From Blastococcus sp. (GTDB taxonomy: Bacteria > Actinomycetota > Actinomycetes > Mycobacteriales > Geodermatophilaceae), in contig JAOPWH010000118.1 in the NCBI GenBank assembly GCA_025965795.1, forward strand, positions 5,091 through 69,090: a stretch of DNA of 64,000 nucleotides, given 5' to 3'. The notes under the pieces are model-generated. The model made no database searches and was not told the origin of the DNA. It was given only the letters and a program-made list of their open reading frames with translations. A program made the position numbers and the translations under genes. Below are positions 1 to 10,222 of this stretch, in pieces (position 1 is the stretch's first letter; every line of letters starts with the position of its first letter).

Positions 1-420
1 CGCCCCGAGTTGTGGGACCTCTACAACGGCCGGATCCACCTCGGTGAGTCGATCCGGGTCTTTCCGCTGTCCAACTGGACCGAGCTCGACATCTGGCAGT
101 ACATCCTCCGCGAGGAGATCGCCATCCCGTCGCTCTACCTCGCCGCCGAGCGCGACGTCGTCGAGCGCCAGGGGATGCTCTATGCGGTGAACGAGTTCAT
201 CACTCCCCGCGCGGGCGAGCAGATCCGCCGCGAGATGGTCCGTTACCGCACCGTCGGCGACGCCAACCTGACCGCGGCCGTCTCCTCCACCGCCACGACG
301 GTCGAGGAAGTCATCGCCGAGATCGCGGTGACCCGCATGACCGAGCGCGGCGCCACCCGCGGCGACGACAAGGTCAGCGACGCCGCCATGGAAGACCGGA
401 AGAAGGAGGGCTACTTCTGA
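1..420 (+). CDS. cysD: Sulfate adenylyltransferase subunit 2, 3' part (5' end outside window)
   Basis: RPELWDLYNG, RVFPLSNWTELDIWQYI, ERGATRGDD, MEDRKKEGYF C-terminus; TGATG overlap with cysN. Confidence 0.97.
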   Translation, partial: RPELWDLYNGRIHLGESIRVFPLSNWTELDIWQYILREEIAIPSLYLAAERDVVERQGMLYAVNEFITPRAGEQIRREMVRYRTVGDANLTAAVSSTATTVEEVIAEIAVTRMTERGATRGDDKVSDAAMEDRKKEGYF

Positions 421-1769
421 TGGCTCCCATCGAAGAGGCAACCATCCCCGCCCAGCCCGGGGTCCACCCGATCGACCTGCGTTCCGCCGCCGCCGCCGAG
501 GCGGCCGAGATCGCGACCGCCCGCAAGGACATCCTCCGCATCGCCACCGCGGGGTCGGTGGACGACGGCAAGAGCACGCTCATCGGGCGGCTGCTCTACG
601 ACAGCAAGGCCGTCTTCGAGGACCAGTACGAGGCGGTCGAGCGGGCCAGCGCCGGGGGCGACTACGTCAACCTGGCGCTGCTGACCGACGGCCTGCGCGC
701 CGAGCGCGAGCAGGGCATCACCATCGACGTCGCCTACCGCTACTTCGCGACCCCGCGACGCACCTTCATCATGGCCGACACCCCCGGCCACGTGCAGTAC
801 ACCCGGAACATGGTCACCGGCGCCTCGACCGCCGACCTGGCCATCGTGCTGGTCGACGCCCGCAAGGGGATGCTCGAGCAGAGCCGGCGGCACGCGTTCC
901 TGGCGTCGCTGCTGCGGGTGCCGCACCTCGTCGTCGCGGTCAACAAGATGGACCTCGTCGACTGGTCCGAGGAGACCTACGAGGCCATCCGTGACGAGTT
1001 CACCTCGTTCGCGGCGAAGCTGAACATCCCTGACCTGACGGTCATCCCGATCTCGGCGCTGCACGGCGACAACGTCGTCACCCGGTCGGCGAACTCCCCC
1101 TGGTACGACGGCTCGTCGCTCCTGCACCACCTCGAGCACGTGCACGTGGCCAGTGACCGGAACCTGGTCGACACCCGGTTCCCGGTCCAGTTCGTCATTC
1201 GCCCGCAGTCCGACGCGTTCCACGACTACCGGGGCTACGCGGGCACGGTGGCCAGCGGGGTGCTCCGTCCCGGCGACGAGGTCCAGGTGCTGCCCAGCGG
1301 ACTGACCACCACCATCGCCTCCATCGACGGCCCGCGCGGCCCGGTGGAGGAGGCCTTCGCCCCCATGGCGGTCACCATCCGGCTCGCCGACGACCTCGAC
1401 GTCTCGCGGGGCGACCTGATCTGCCGGCCGACGAACGCGCCGCACGTCACCCAGGACCTCGACGCGATGGTCTCCTGGATGACGGACGAGCCCCTGCGCC
1501 CGGGGCAGCGGATCGCGGTCAAGCACAGCACCCGGACCGTGCGGGCGGTGGTCAAGGAGCTGCAGTACCGGCTCAACGTGAACACGCTGCACCGGGACAT
1601 GGACGCCGGCGAGCTCGGGCTCAACGACATCGGGCGCGTGCGCCTGCGCACCACCCAGCCGCTGTTCATCGACGACTACTCGCGCAACCGGGTCACCGGC
1701 CGCTTCATCCTCATCGACGAGGCGACCAACGCCACCGTCGGCGCCGGGATGCTCACCACGCCCAGCTGA
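420..1769 (+). CDS. cysN: Sulfate adenylyltransferase subunit 1 (GTPase), no fused APS kinase
   Basis: GSVDDGKST, EREQGITIDVAYRYF, DTPGH, NKMD motifs; 449 aa. Confidence 0.97.
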   Translation: MAPIEEATIPAQPGVHPIDLRSAAAAEAAEIATARKDILRIATAGSVDDGKSTLIGRLLYDSKAVFEDQYEAVERASAGGDYVNLALLTDGLRAEREQGITIDVAYRYFATPRRTFIMADTPGHVQYTRNMVTGASTADLAIVLVDARKGMLEQSRRHAFLASLLRVPHLVVAVNKMDLVDWSEETYEAIRDEFTSFAAKLNIPDLTVIPISALHGDNVVTRSANSPWYDGSSLLHHLEHVHVASDRNLVDTRFPVQFVIRPQSDAFHDYRGYAGTVASGVLRPGDEVQVLPSGLTTTIASIDGPRGPVEEAFAPMAVTIRLADDLDVSRGDLICRPTNAPHVTQDLDAMVSWMTDEPLRPGQRIAVKHSTRTVRAVVKELQYRLNVNTLHRDMDAGELGLNDIGRVRLRTTQPLFIDDYSRNRVTGRFILIDEATNATVGAGMLTTPS

Positions 1770-1774
1770 CCGAG

Positions 1775-1807
1775 CACCGGCGCCCGGGTGAAGCCCGGTC
1801 GCCGGTG
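1775..1807 (+). terminator. Stem-loop after cysN
   Basis: CACCGGCG-CCCGGG...CCCGG-T-CGCCGGTG inverted repeat 5 nt after the stop. Confidence 0.55.
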
Positions 1808-1823
1808 TGGTGGAGTGGCAGGG

Positions 1824-3092
1824 ATGGACGACGGGGAGACGGCCGCGGCGCCCCGCTCCCGGGCGGCCGCGTTCCTGCTGACCGCCGCCATCGTCGCGGT
1901 CGCGCTCAACCAGCGGCCGGCTGTGGTATCCGTCGCGCCCGTGCTGGGCGACCTGCGCGCCGACACGGGACTGTCGGCGGCCCTCGCCGGTCTGCTGACG
2001 GCGGTGCCGGTGCTCTGTTTCGGCGCCTTCGCGCCGGTCGCGCCGCGGCTGGCCCGGCGGATCGGCCTGGAGACCGCCGTGGCGGTGTCGCTGCTGCTCC
2101 TGGCCGCCGGCATCGCCCTGCGCCTGCTCTCCCCCGTCGCCCTCCTGTACGCAGGCAGTTTCCTGGCCGGGTCGGCGATCGCGCTGGCCAACGTGCTGCT
2201 CCCTGCGTACGTGAAGCGTGAGTTCGCCCGGCCGGGTGCCGTCATGGGGCTGTACTCGGCGTCGCTGAACCTCGGGGCCGCCGCCGCGGCCGCCGTCACC
2301 GTGCCGCTGGCCGACGCCCTCGGCATCGGCTGGCGGACGGCGCTGGGGATGTGGCTCGCCCTCGCGCTGGCGGCGCTGGCCCTGTGGCTCCCCGTCGCGG
2401 GCACCGGCGCCCACCATCGCCGCTCCGGACCGCCTCCGGACGGCCCAGGGTCCTGGGCACTGCTGCGGCAGCCGCTGGCCGTCCAGGTGACCGCCTACAT
2501 CGGCCTGCAGAGTGTGCAGTTCTACTCGTTCGCCGCCTGGCTCCCGACGCTGCTCGCCGACGCGGGAGTTCCGGTGCACGAGGGTGGGCTCCTGCTCGGC
2601 CTGGCGAACGTGGTGGGAGCCGGCGCCGCCCTGCTGGCGCCGGCGCAGGCCGGCCGGATGCGGACCCAGCGACCGCTGATCCTGGCCGTGGCGGCCGCCT
2701 ACACCGTCGGGCTGACCGGGCTGCTCGTCGCACCGGACCGCGGGACGCTGGTGTGGGTGGCCGCGTTCGGGCTCGCCCAGGGTGGTGGCTTCGCCCTGGC
2801 GCTGACCCTCATCGTGCTCCGCAGCGCCACCCCGATGACGGCGGCCCGGCTGGGCGGGGTGGCCCAGTGCCTGGGTTATCTGCTGGCCGCCGCGGGGCCA
2901 CCGCTGCTGGGTGCGCTGCGCGATGTCACCGGCGGATGGACCTGGCCCGTCGTCGTGCTGCTCGTTGCCCTCGTGCCGATGACCTGGGCCGGCTGGGGGG
3001 CGGCGCGAGACGCCGTCCTCAGCGAAGCGCCACCGGGAGGTGCTCGAACCCCCGCAGGGTCCGCAGATCGCGGCGCTCCGGGGTCCCGGTGA
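1824..3092 (+). CDS. CynX/NimT-family MFS transporter
   Basis: About 12 hydrophobic segments; ALNQRPAVVSVAP, ANVLLPAYVKREF, GVAQCLGYLLAAAGP; start set at ATG 1824. Confidence 0.88.
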   Translation: MDDGETAAAPRSRAAAFLLTAAIVAVALNQRPAVVSVAPVLGDLRADTGLSAALAGLLTAVPVLCFGAFAPVAPRLARRIGLETAVAVSLLLLAAGIALRLLSPVALLYAGSFLAGSAIALANVLLPAYVKREFARPGAVMGLYSASLNLGAAAAAAVTVPLADALGIGWRTALGMWLALALAALALWLPVAGTGAHHRRSGPPPDGPGSWALLRQPLAVQVTAYIGLQSVQFYSFAAWLPTLLADAGVPVHEGGLLLGLANVVGAGAALLAPAQAGRMRTQRPLILAVAAAYTVGLTGLLVAPDRGTLVWVAAFGLAQGGGFALALTLIVLRSATPMTAARLGGVAQCLGYLLAAAGPPLLGALRDVTGGWTWPVVVLLVALVPMTWAGWGAARDAVLSEAPPGGARTPAGSADRGAPGSR

Positions 3093-4311
3093 CCCGCAGC
3101 TCGGGGAACCGCTCCGCCAGGCTGCGCAGCCCGATCTCTGCTTCCAGGCGGGCGAGGCCGGCCCCGACGCAGTAGTGGATGCCCGCGGAGAACGCCAGGT
3201 GCTCACGGGCGTCGGCGCGGCCGATGTCGAACCGGGTGGGGTCCGGGAAGACCTCCGGGTCGCGGTTGGCGGCGCCCAGCAGCACGGTCAGTCTCGAGCC
3301 CTTCCGGACCTGCCGGCCGGCCACAGTGACGTCGGCCTTCGCCGTCCGCCCGGTGAGCTGGACCGGGCTGTCGTGGCGGAGGGTCTCCTCGACCGCCCCG
3401 GCCCACCCGGACGGATCGGCGAGCAGCGCCTTCCACTGGTCGCGGTGCCGGTCGAGCAGCACGACCGCATTGCCGAGCAGGTTCATCGTCGTCTCGAAGC
3501 CGGCCCCCAGCAGCAGCATCACGGTCGCGTGCAGCTCCCGCTCGGTGAGCGCCTCGTCCTCGGGCAGCCCGACCAGGCGGCTGACGAGGTCGTCCCCTGG
3601 ATCGCGGCGCAACCGGTCGAAGTGCCCCCGGAGGAAGGCGTGCATCGACCGCAGCGCGCGTTCGGCGGTGACGTACCGGCGCAGCGGCAACCCGGGATCC
3701 AGCGTGGCCGCCGCGGCGGCACCCCACCGCAGGAAGTCCTCGCGGCGCGTGGTCGGAACGGCGAGGAGGTCGGCGATGACCAGCACCGGCAGCTGGGCGG
3801 CGTAGCTGGTGACGAGGTCCACCCGGTCCGGTCCACGCCCGAGGTCGTCCAGCAAGGCGTCGGCGGTGCGCTGGATGGACGGCTCGAACGCCGCGGTCGC
3901 CCGTGGCGTGAACGCGCGGTTCACCAGGCGCCGGAAACGCGTGTGGTCGGGTGGGTCGACGACCAGCATGGACGGCGGCTCCGCGACGCCGGCGGCATCC
4001 GGGTCATCGCCGAACCGGAGGGCCCAGCGGACCCACCCGGGGGCCGCCGAACGGTCCCAGCCGACACCGAAGTGCTCCGACCGGAGCACCTCCCGCGCCG
4101 TCGAGTGGGACGCCGTCACGAGCCCCAGGCTGCTCGGGCTCAGCGGTCCGCGGCTGCGCACCTCCTCGTGGAGGGGGTAAGGGTTCTCGCGGACCGCCGG
4201 GTCGCGCAGGAGGCGGCCGACCGGGTCACCACTGCGCGCGCTCCGGCGGAGATAGACGGCGGGCAGGCCGTGCCGGACTCCCCAGCGGACAGCTGTCCGT
4301 GCCGCCCGCAC
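3019..4311 (-). CDS. Cytochrome P450
   Basis: AGFETT I-helix, EETLR (ExxR), FSAGIHYCVG heme motif; GTG start 1 nt after the upstream stop (estimate). Confidence 0.93.
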   Translation of the reverse strand: MRAARTAVRWGVRHGLPAVYLRRSARSGDPVGRLLRDPAVRENPYPLHEEVRSRGPLSPSSLGLVTASHSTAREVLRSEHFGVGWDRSAAPGWVRWALRFGDDPDAAGVAEPPSMLVVDPPDHTRFRRLVNRAFTPRATAAFEPSIQRTADALLDDLGRGPDRVDLVTSYAAQLPVLVIADLLAVPTTRREDFLRWGAAAAATLDPGLPLRRYVTAERALRSMHAFLRGHFDRLRRDPGDDLVSRLVGLPEDEALTERELHATVMLLLGAGFETTMNLLGNAVVLLDRHRDQWKALLADPSGWAGAVEETLRHDSPVQLTGRTAKADVTVAGRQVRKGSRLTVLLGAANRDPEVFPDPTRFDIGRADAREHLAFSAGIHYCVGAGLARLEAEIGLRSLAERFPELRVTGTPERRDLRTLRGFEHLPVALR

Positions 4312-4312
4312 G

Positions 4313-4474
4313 CTAAACGGGTGCGGGAGCGTCGCCCGGGTCGCCGTTCCAGTCCTTGCCCGCGGTGTCCGCGTTCTCCGAGGCGCTGTCGGTCTGACCG
4401 GCGACGGTCTCGACCATCTCCTCGTCCGACAGGCCCTCGCCGGCCGCCTGCGTGCCACTCGTGGGCTCGCTCAT
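4313..4474 (-). CDS. Small acidic hydrophilic protein (53 aa)
   Basis: AAGGG RBS before ATG; MSEPTSG...DEEMVETVAGQT; stop abuts the P450 start. Confidence 0.6.
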   Translation of the reverse strand: MSEPTSGTQAAGEGLSDEEMVETVAGQTDSASENADTAGKDWNGDPGDAPAPV

Positions 4475-4518
4475 CGCAACAGTTCCCTTCGTCGAGCCGG
4501 TGGAGGTCACAGCGACCG

Positions 4519-4543
4519 TCCCCGGTCGCGCGGGGCGGCAAAC
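4519..4543 (-). promoter_or_regulatory. Putative SigB/SigF-type promoter
   Basis: GTTT-N16-GGGGA on the minus strand upstream of the small acidic gene. Confidence 0.4.
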
Positions 4544-4553
4544 CCGGCGGCGA

Positions 4554-4943
4554 TCACCCCTCGGCCGGCCCCAGTTCGAACCACACCCGCTTGCCCTCCG
4601 GGCGCGCCTCGCTGCCCCACCGGTCGGCGATCTGCTGGACCATCAGCAGACCGCGGCCGCGGGGACGCTCGGCCGAGAGCTCCTGGACGACGGGTGCTAT
4701 CGAGGAGCCGTCCAGCACCGCGATCCGCAGTCGCTCCCCCGACGCCTCGAGCTCCAGGGTGAGGCATTCGTCCCCGCCGACGTGGTCGACCACGTTGGCA
4801 ACCAGTTCGGTGACCAGCAGCGCCGCGTCGTCCCGGTCCTGGGGGGCGTTCCAGGCACGGAGCAGTTCCAGCACGAGGTGACGGGCCGCCTGGATGCTCG
4901 GCGCCGCCGGCGGCAGGTCGAAGCTGGCTGCGGTCGTGGTCAA
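4554..4943 (-). CDS. HATPase_c_2 ATP-binding protein (RsbW/anti-sigma-like)
   Basis: LLVTELVANVVDH, GRGLLMV, WGS, GKRVWFEL motifs. Confidence 0.88.
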   Translation of the reverse strand: MTTTAASFDLPPAAPSIQAARHLVLELLRAWNAPQDRDDAALLVTELVANVVDHVGGDECLTLELEASGERLRIAVLDGSSIAPVVQELSAERPRGRGLLMVQQIADRWGSEARPEGKRVWFELGPAEG

Positions 4944-5135
4944 GGCGGGCGTTCCGTTCTGCCGGCGGAGGCGGGTCGATCGTAGGGGGCGTCAGTGCGT
5001 GCCACGACTCTGGGTAATTGCGTTGTGCACAATCAAACACACCCGAACGGGTGACGCAAGGGGTATTGCATGCAACGGCCATTCACTTGGATAGTGTGCT
5101 ATCAGCTTGCCTTCACCCGGACCGGGGAGCGACGC

Positions 5136-5510
5136 ATGACCGAGCTGTCTCCGACCACCGAGGGCCCTGCGGCCCGCGCACTCCTGGACCTGATCGCGGA
5201 GCTCGACCGCTGTCTGGGGGAGCTGAGCGAAACGCGGTCCCGAGCCGACGACCTGCTGCGCGAGCACCGCTCGGGCCGCCCCTGGCTGGCGATCGTGACC
5301 GCGGAGACCCGCCCACTGGTGGTGGAACGCATCTCGACGGTGCTGGCCGGCCTGGCCACCGCCGGTCACGCCTGGCGACGGGAGCAGGCGCTGGCCCTGC
5401 AGGCCGAGCAGGTGAGCATCAACCGGATCGCCGCGCTCTTCGGGGTCACCCGTCAGCGCATCTCGGCGCTCCTGCGCGAACGGGAGGTCGACAGCGTGCC
5501 GTCGGTCTGA
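5136..5510 (+). CDS. Hypothetical protein with C-terminal helix-turn-helix
   Basis: GGGGAG RBS; SINRIAALFGVTRQRISALL HTH pattern. Confidence 0.72.
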   Translation: MTELSPTTEGPAARALLDLIAELDRCLGELSETRSRADDLLREHRSGRPWLAIVTAETRPLVVERISTVLAGLATAGHAWRREQALALQAEQVSINRIAALFGVTRQRISALLREREVDSVPSV

Positions 5511-6109
5511 CCTGCGGCACGGACGACCCCCGCTCCCAGCCAGCCCTGGGCCAGCGCGAACACCACCACGGACAGCGCTCCGAACACCGGCACGAACGGG
5601 CCCTCGAAGGCGGCGAAGCAGAGCGCCCCGACGGTGAGCAGCCAGCCCGTTCCGCGCACCAGGACGCCCGCGTGCTCGACCGCCACCCCGACGAGGGCCT
5701 CCCCGACGAACCACAGCAGCGCGACCGCGCCGACCGCGCGGAAAGTGGCGTCCCCGGCCAGCGGGCCGTCGATGTCGAGCAGCGCGGGAGCCGCGCGGGC
5801 CAGGACCGGGAAGGCCAACGCCTCGACCGCCAGCAGTCCGGCCGACGCCACCAGCCCGACCACGGCGAGCACCAGACCGAGGGCGCCGAGGCGACCCAGC
5901 CGCGGACCGTGCAGCGCCGCGAGCCCGGCGAGGCCCAGCAGGGACAGCGCGACCAGCAGCAACCCGGCGGTGTGGCCCACCGACCAGAACCACGTCAGGG
6001 ACGGGCCGGCGAAGCCCTCGGCGAAGATGTCCGGATGCGCCAGCACGGCCAGCGTCAACAGGCCGGCGGCGATCAGGGCGTAGCCCGACCAACGCACGAA
6101 GGTCTGCAC
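5453..6109 (-). CDS. Hypothetical integral membrane protein
   Basis: GGAGGAG RBS before GTG; about 6 hydrophobic segments. Confidence 0.7.
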   Translation of the reverse strand: MQTFVRWSGYALIAAGLLTLAVLAHPDIFAEGFAGPSLTWFWSVGHTAGLLLVALSLLGLAGLAALHGPRLGRLGALGLVLAVVGLVASAGLLAVEALAFPVLARAAPALLDIDGPLAGDATFRAVGAVALLWFVGEALVGVAVEHAGVLVRGTGWLLTVGALCFAAFEGPFVPVFGALSVVVFALAQGWLGAGVVRAAGQTDGTLSTSRSRRSAEMR

Positions 6110-6203
6110 GACTCCTCCCCTCGGTGCGGGGGAGTCCATCGTCGCGCGTCAGGGGGCGCGAGGGAACCGCTTCGGGCGATGAGCTGGTCGGGGCGGTTCG
6201 CCG

Positions 6204-9200
6204 TCAGGCGATGAGCTGGTCGATCGCCTTGTAGACCCGTTGCTCCGAGATGGGCCGGGGTGTTCCGATGCCCTGGGCGAAGAGGCCGACCCGCAGCTCC
6301 TCGATCATCCAGCGGATACGGGTCACCGGGTCGTCGGGCGCACCGGTCGACGGCATTCGTGCCCGCAGCTGCTCGTACTCGGCCGTCACCGCGGCCACCT
6401 GGCCGGTCCACAACTCGTCCCGGACGGAGTTGGCCGGCAGCTTCTCGAGGCGGTAGGCCATGGCCCTGAGGTAGCGGACGACGTCCGGAAGCCGCTTGCG
6501 GCCGGTCGCGGCCACGAAGCCGCGGTGGAGCAACCCCCCCATCTGGCGACGCAGGTCCGCGACGGCCGCCTCGGGCACGCGGCGCGCCGGGGCCGCGCCG
6601 ATCGCGACCGCGACCTCCCGGGCCTGGGTGAGGATCGCCTCGACCTTCCCTACGGCGTCGACGGTGAGCCTGGGCAGCTCGCCCTTCGCCGTCGCCACCA
6701 GGGCGGAGAAGGACGCCTCGTCGCGCGGAGGGCCGCCGGCCGCGTCGATCAGCTCGTCGGCGGCGGCGTCGACGCAGTCGGCGACCAGGTCGGCGATCTC
6801 GCCGTCCGGATTGAACTGCAGGGCGAGCCGGGTCGCCGGACGCAGACCCTTGACCACCTGCCGCGCGGGTGAACCGGCGACGAGGACGAGGAGCCGGCGG
6901 GCTCCCAGGCGGGTGAGCCGCTGGGCCTCGGCCTCGGTGGGGACCACCCGGACGCCGACGGTCGTCCCCTCGTCGACGAGCGCGGGGTAGGCCGTCACCG
7001 CGTGGGCGCCGCGCTGCACCTCGACGGTGCGGGGCAGGGTGCCGAACTCCCACGACGTCAGGCCGGTCCGCTCGACGTCCGAGGCGGCCCGGGCAAGGCT
7101 CGCCCGCGCCTTGGGCGCGACCTGCGCCCTGAGCGCGGCGAGGTCCTTGCCGATGGCGAGGGGGCGCTGCTGGTCGTCGAGCACCCGGAACGTCGCCCGG
7201 AGGTGGTCGGGCACCTGTTCCGGCGCCCACGCGTCGGGGGGCACCATCACGGCGGCCGAGCGGCGCAGCTCCCGCTCCAGCGCCGGCAGCAGCGGCTCGC
7301 CCGGATCGATGGCCGGCAGGATCTCGCGCACCCGGTCGGGTATCGGCACCAGGGCGCGGCGCAGCTGCTTGGGCAGGGCGCGCAGCAGTGCGGTGACCAG
7401 TTCCTCGCGCAGACCCGGCACGGTGAAGGCGAGCGACTCCCCGGAGGTCTGCGCGGCGACACCGTCGAGCACGGCGAGGGGGACGTCGACGGTCACGCCG
7501 TCCTCTGCCGCGCCCGGCGCGAACGCGTAGGAGAGCGGCAGCGTGAGGCCCTGCGTCAGGCGTACCTCGTCCGGATAGTCCTCGACCCGCACCTGACCGG
7601 CGGCCGCGGCGTTGGTGAGCATCTCCGCGGTGAAGGTGAGCAGCTCCGGCCGATCGCGCCGGGCGGCCTTCCACCAGCGGTCGAAGTGCCGGGTGGAGAC
7701 GACGTCGGCCGGGATCCGCGCGTCGTAGAGCTCGAACAGCGTCTCCTCGTCCACCTGGATGTCGCGGCGCCGCGCCCGCTCCTCCAGCGCGGCGACCTGG
7801 TCGATCGCTCGTGCGTTCTCGGCCCAGAACCGGTGGTGCGTCGTCCACTCCCCCGCGACGAGGGCGTGCCGGATGAACAGCTCCCGGGAGACGACGGGGT
7901 CGATCGAGCCGTACTGCACCCGGCGGCCGACCACGAGCGGCAGCCCGTAGAGCGTGACCCGCTCGGTGGCGACGACGGAGCCGCGCTTGGCGTCCCAGCG
8001 CGGCTCGGAGTACTGCCGCTTCACCAGGTGCTCGGCCAGCTTCTCGACCGTCTCCGGGTCGATCCGCGCGACGGTGCGGGCGAACAGCCGGCTCGTCTCC
8101 ACCAGCTCGGCGGCGACCACCCAGCGCGGCGGCTTCTTCGCCAGCGGGCTGCCGGGCGCGATCACGAACCGGGTGTTGCGGGTCCCGAGGTAGTCGCGAC
8201 TGGGCCGCTTGTCGCCTTTTGCCTGCTCCGCCTGCATGCCGACGTGCGACAGCAGCCCGGCCAGCAACGCCGTGTGGATCCCCCGCTCGTCCGGTTCCGC
8301 CGCCGGTTCGCCGACGGTCATGCCCAGCCGTCGCGCGGTGCCCCGGAGCTGACCGTGCAGGTCCTGCCACTCACGGATGCGGAGGTAGTGCAGGAACTCG
8401 CGCTTCACGGTGCGCCGGAACTGGTTGCCGCTCAGAGCCTCCTGCTGCTCGGTGAGGTGGCGCCAGAGGTTGAGCAGGGCAAGGAAGTCGGAGTTCTCGT
8501 CGGCGAACCGGGCGTGCAGCTGGTCGGCGGCCTGCTGGTGCTCGGTCGGGCGCTCGCGGGGGTCCTGGATGGTCAGCCCGGCGGCGATCACCAGCACCTC
8601 GTCGAGCACGCCGCGCTTGTCCGCCTCCACGACCATGCGGGCCATGCGCGGGTCCAGCGGCAGTGCCGCCAGCGCCCTGCCGATGTCGGTGAGCTTGCCG
8701 TGCTCGTCGAGGGCGTGCAGCTCCTCGAGCAGCGCGACGCCGTCCGCGACGGCGCGGCGGTCCGGCGGGTCGACGAACGGGAAGTCCGCCACGTCGCCCA
8801 GGTCGAGTGACGCCATCTGCAGCAGCACGGAAGCCAGGTTGGTGCGGAGGATCTCCGGGTCGGTGAACTCCGGCCGGCTCTCGTAGTCGGCCTCGGTGTA
8901 CAGCCGGATCGCGATGCCGTCCGACGTACGGCCGCACCGGCCGGAGCGCTGGCGGGCCGACGCCTGGCTGACCGGCTCGATCGGCAGTCGCTGCACCTTG
9001 GTGCGATGGCTGTAGCGCGAGATGCGCGCTGTCCCGGGGTCGACGACGTACCGGATGCCCGGCACGGTCAGCGACGTCTCCGCGACGTTCGTGGCCAGCA
9101 CGACCCGCCGTCCGGTGTGCGCGGCGAAGACCTTGTGCTGGTCGGCCGCCGACAGCCGGGAGTACAGCTGCAGGATCTCGGTGCCGGGCAGCGCTCGTTC

Positions 9201-10130
9201 GGCCAGCGCGTCGGCCGTGTCCCGGATCTCGCGTTCCCCGGCGAGGAACACCAGGACGTCGCCGGGCCCTTCGGCCACGAGCTCGTCGACGGCGTCCACG
9301 ATGGCCGACACCTGGTCGCGGTCAGGGTCCGCCTCCGGGTCGTCGGGGTCGACGACCGGCCGGTAGCGCACCTCCACCGGATAGGCACGGCCGGTGACCT
9401 CGACGATCGGGGCACCCTCGAAGTGCGCGGCCACCCGTTCGACGTCGATGGTCGCCGAGGTGATGACGAGCTTGAGGTCGGGGCGCCTGGGCAGCAGCTG
9501 GGCGAGATAGCCCAGCAGGAAGTCGATGTTGAGGCTCCGCTCGTGCGCCTCGTCCAGGATGATCGTGTCGTACTGCCGGAGCATCCGGTCGTGCGCGATC
9601 TCGGCGAGCAGCACGCCGTCGGTCATCAGCTTCACCAGCGTGCGGTCGCCGACCTGATCGGTGAACCGGACCTTCCAGCCGACGACCTCCCCCAGCGGGC
9701 TGTCGAGCTCCTCGGCGATCCGCTCCGCGACGCTGCGGGCGGCGATCCGCCGGGGCTGGGTGTGCCCGATCCGGCCGCGCACGCCCCGGCCGAGCTCCAG
9801 GGCGATCTTCGGCAGCTGGGTTGTCTTGCCCGAGCCGGTCTCGCCGGCGACCACGACCACCTGGTGGTCCCGCAGGACCGCGGCGATGTCCTCGCGCCGC
9901 CGGCTGACCGGCAGCTCGTCGGGATAGGTCACGTCCGGGACGGCGGCCCGCCGACGGGCGATCCGCTCCTCGGCCGCCACGACGTCGGCGGCGATCCGTT
10001 CACGCTGGCGGGCGCGCGCCTGCGGGTCGCGGGTCTTCCGGAGGCCGTCGAGCCGCCGTCCCAGCCGGTGCTCGTCGGCGAGAGTGAGCGCCGGGAGACG
10101 GTCGCGGAGCTCGTCGTGCGGGGCACTCAC
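6204..10130 (-). CDS. hrpA: ATP-dependent RNA helicase HrpA
   Basis: GETGSGKTTQ, DEAH, SAT, QRSGRCGR motifs; C-terminal RWMIEELRV; 1308 aa. Confidence 0.96.
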   Translation of the reverse strand: MSAPHDELRDRLPALTLADEHRLGRRLDGLRKTRDPQARARQRERIAADVVAAEERIARRRAAVPDVTYPDELPVSRRREDIAAVLRDHQVVVVAGETGSGKTTQLPKIALELGRGVRGRIGHTQPRRIAARSVAERIAEELDSPLGEVVGWKVRFTDQVGDRTLVKLMTDGVLLAEIAHDRMLRQYDTIILDEAHERSLNIDFLLGYLAQLLPRRPDLKLVITSATIDVERVAAHFEGAPIVEVTGRAYPVEVRYRPVVDPDDPEADPDRDQVSAIVDAVDELVAEGPGDVLVFLAGEREIRDTADALAERALPGTEILQLYSRLSAADQHKVFAAHTGRRVVLATNVAETSLTVPGIRYVVDPGTARISRYSHRTKVQRLPIEPVSQASARQRSGRCGRTSDGIAIRLYTEADYESRPEFTDPEILRTNLASVLLQMASLDLGDVADFPFVDPPDRRAVADGVALLEELHALDEHGKLTDIGRALAALPLDPRMARMVVEADKRGVLDEVLVIAAGLTIQDPRERPTEHQQAADQLHARFADENSDFLALLNLWRHLTEQQEALSGNQFRRTVKREFLHYLRIREWQDLHGQLRGTARRLGMTVGEPAAEPDERGIHTALLAGLLSHVGMQAEQAKGDKRPSRDYLGTRNTRFVIAPGSPLAKKPPRWVVAAELVETSRLFARTVARIDPETVEKLAEHLVKRQYSEPRWDAKRGSVVATERVTLYGLPLVVGRRVQYGSIDPVVSRELFIRHALVAGEWTTHHRFWAENARAIDQVAALEERARRRDIQVDEETLFELYDARIPADVVSTRHFDRWWKAARRDRPELLTFTAEMLTNAAAAGQVRVEDYPDEVRLTQGLTLPLSYAFAPGAAEDGVTVDVPLAVLDGVAAQTSGESLAFTVPGLREELVTALLRALPKQLRRALVPIPDRVREILPAIDPGEPLLPALERELRRSAAVMVPPDAWAPEQVPDHLRATFRVLDDQQRPLAIGKDLAALRAQVAPKARASLARAASDVERTGLTSWEFGTLPRTVEVQRGAHAVTAYPALVDEGTTVGVRVVPTEAEAQRLTRLGARRLLVLVAGSPARQVVKGLRPATRLALQFNPDGEIADLVADCVDAAADELIDAAGGPPRDEASFSALVATAKGELPRLTVDAVGKVEAILTQAREVAVAIGAAPARRVPEAAVADLRRQMGGLLHRGFVAATGRKRLPDVVRYLRAMAYRLEKLPANSVRDELWTGQVAAVTAEYEQLRARMPSTGAPDDPVTRIRWMIEELRVGLFAQGIGTPRPISEQRVYKAIDQLIA

Positions 10131-10222
10131 GGTGGGGCTCGCGTTCCTCTCGGACTTCGGTGGGTATCAGGAGCAAGGATCGCACTGCCCCGAGCCCCCG
10201 GACGTCGGCGACATCACAGTGT

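Noticed and set aside
3019-3092. Convergent 3' overlaps (MFS/P450 74 bp; also 5453-5510)
   Set aside because: Overlapping tails are low-complexity extensions, common in high-GC genomes; no evidence of function.
411-3206. 931-aa minus-strand ORF and other long antisense or alternate-frame ORFs (e.g. 13721-17044, 10461-12581, 60864-63203)
   Set aside because: Shadow frames of real genes caused by GC3 bias; Arg/Gly/Pro-rich with no motifs.
5012-5066. GGGTAA/GGGTAT as SigB-type -10 boxes
   Set aside because: No matching GNNT -35 element at 14-16 nt spacing.
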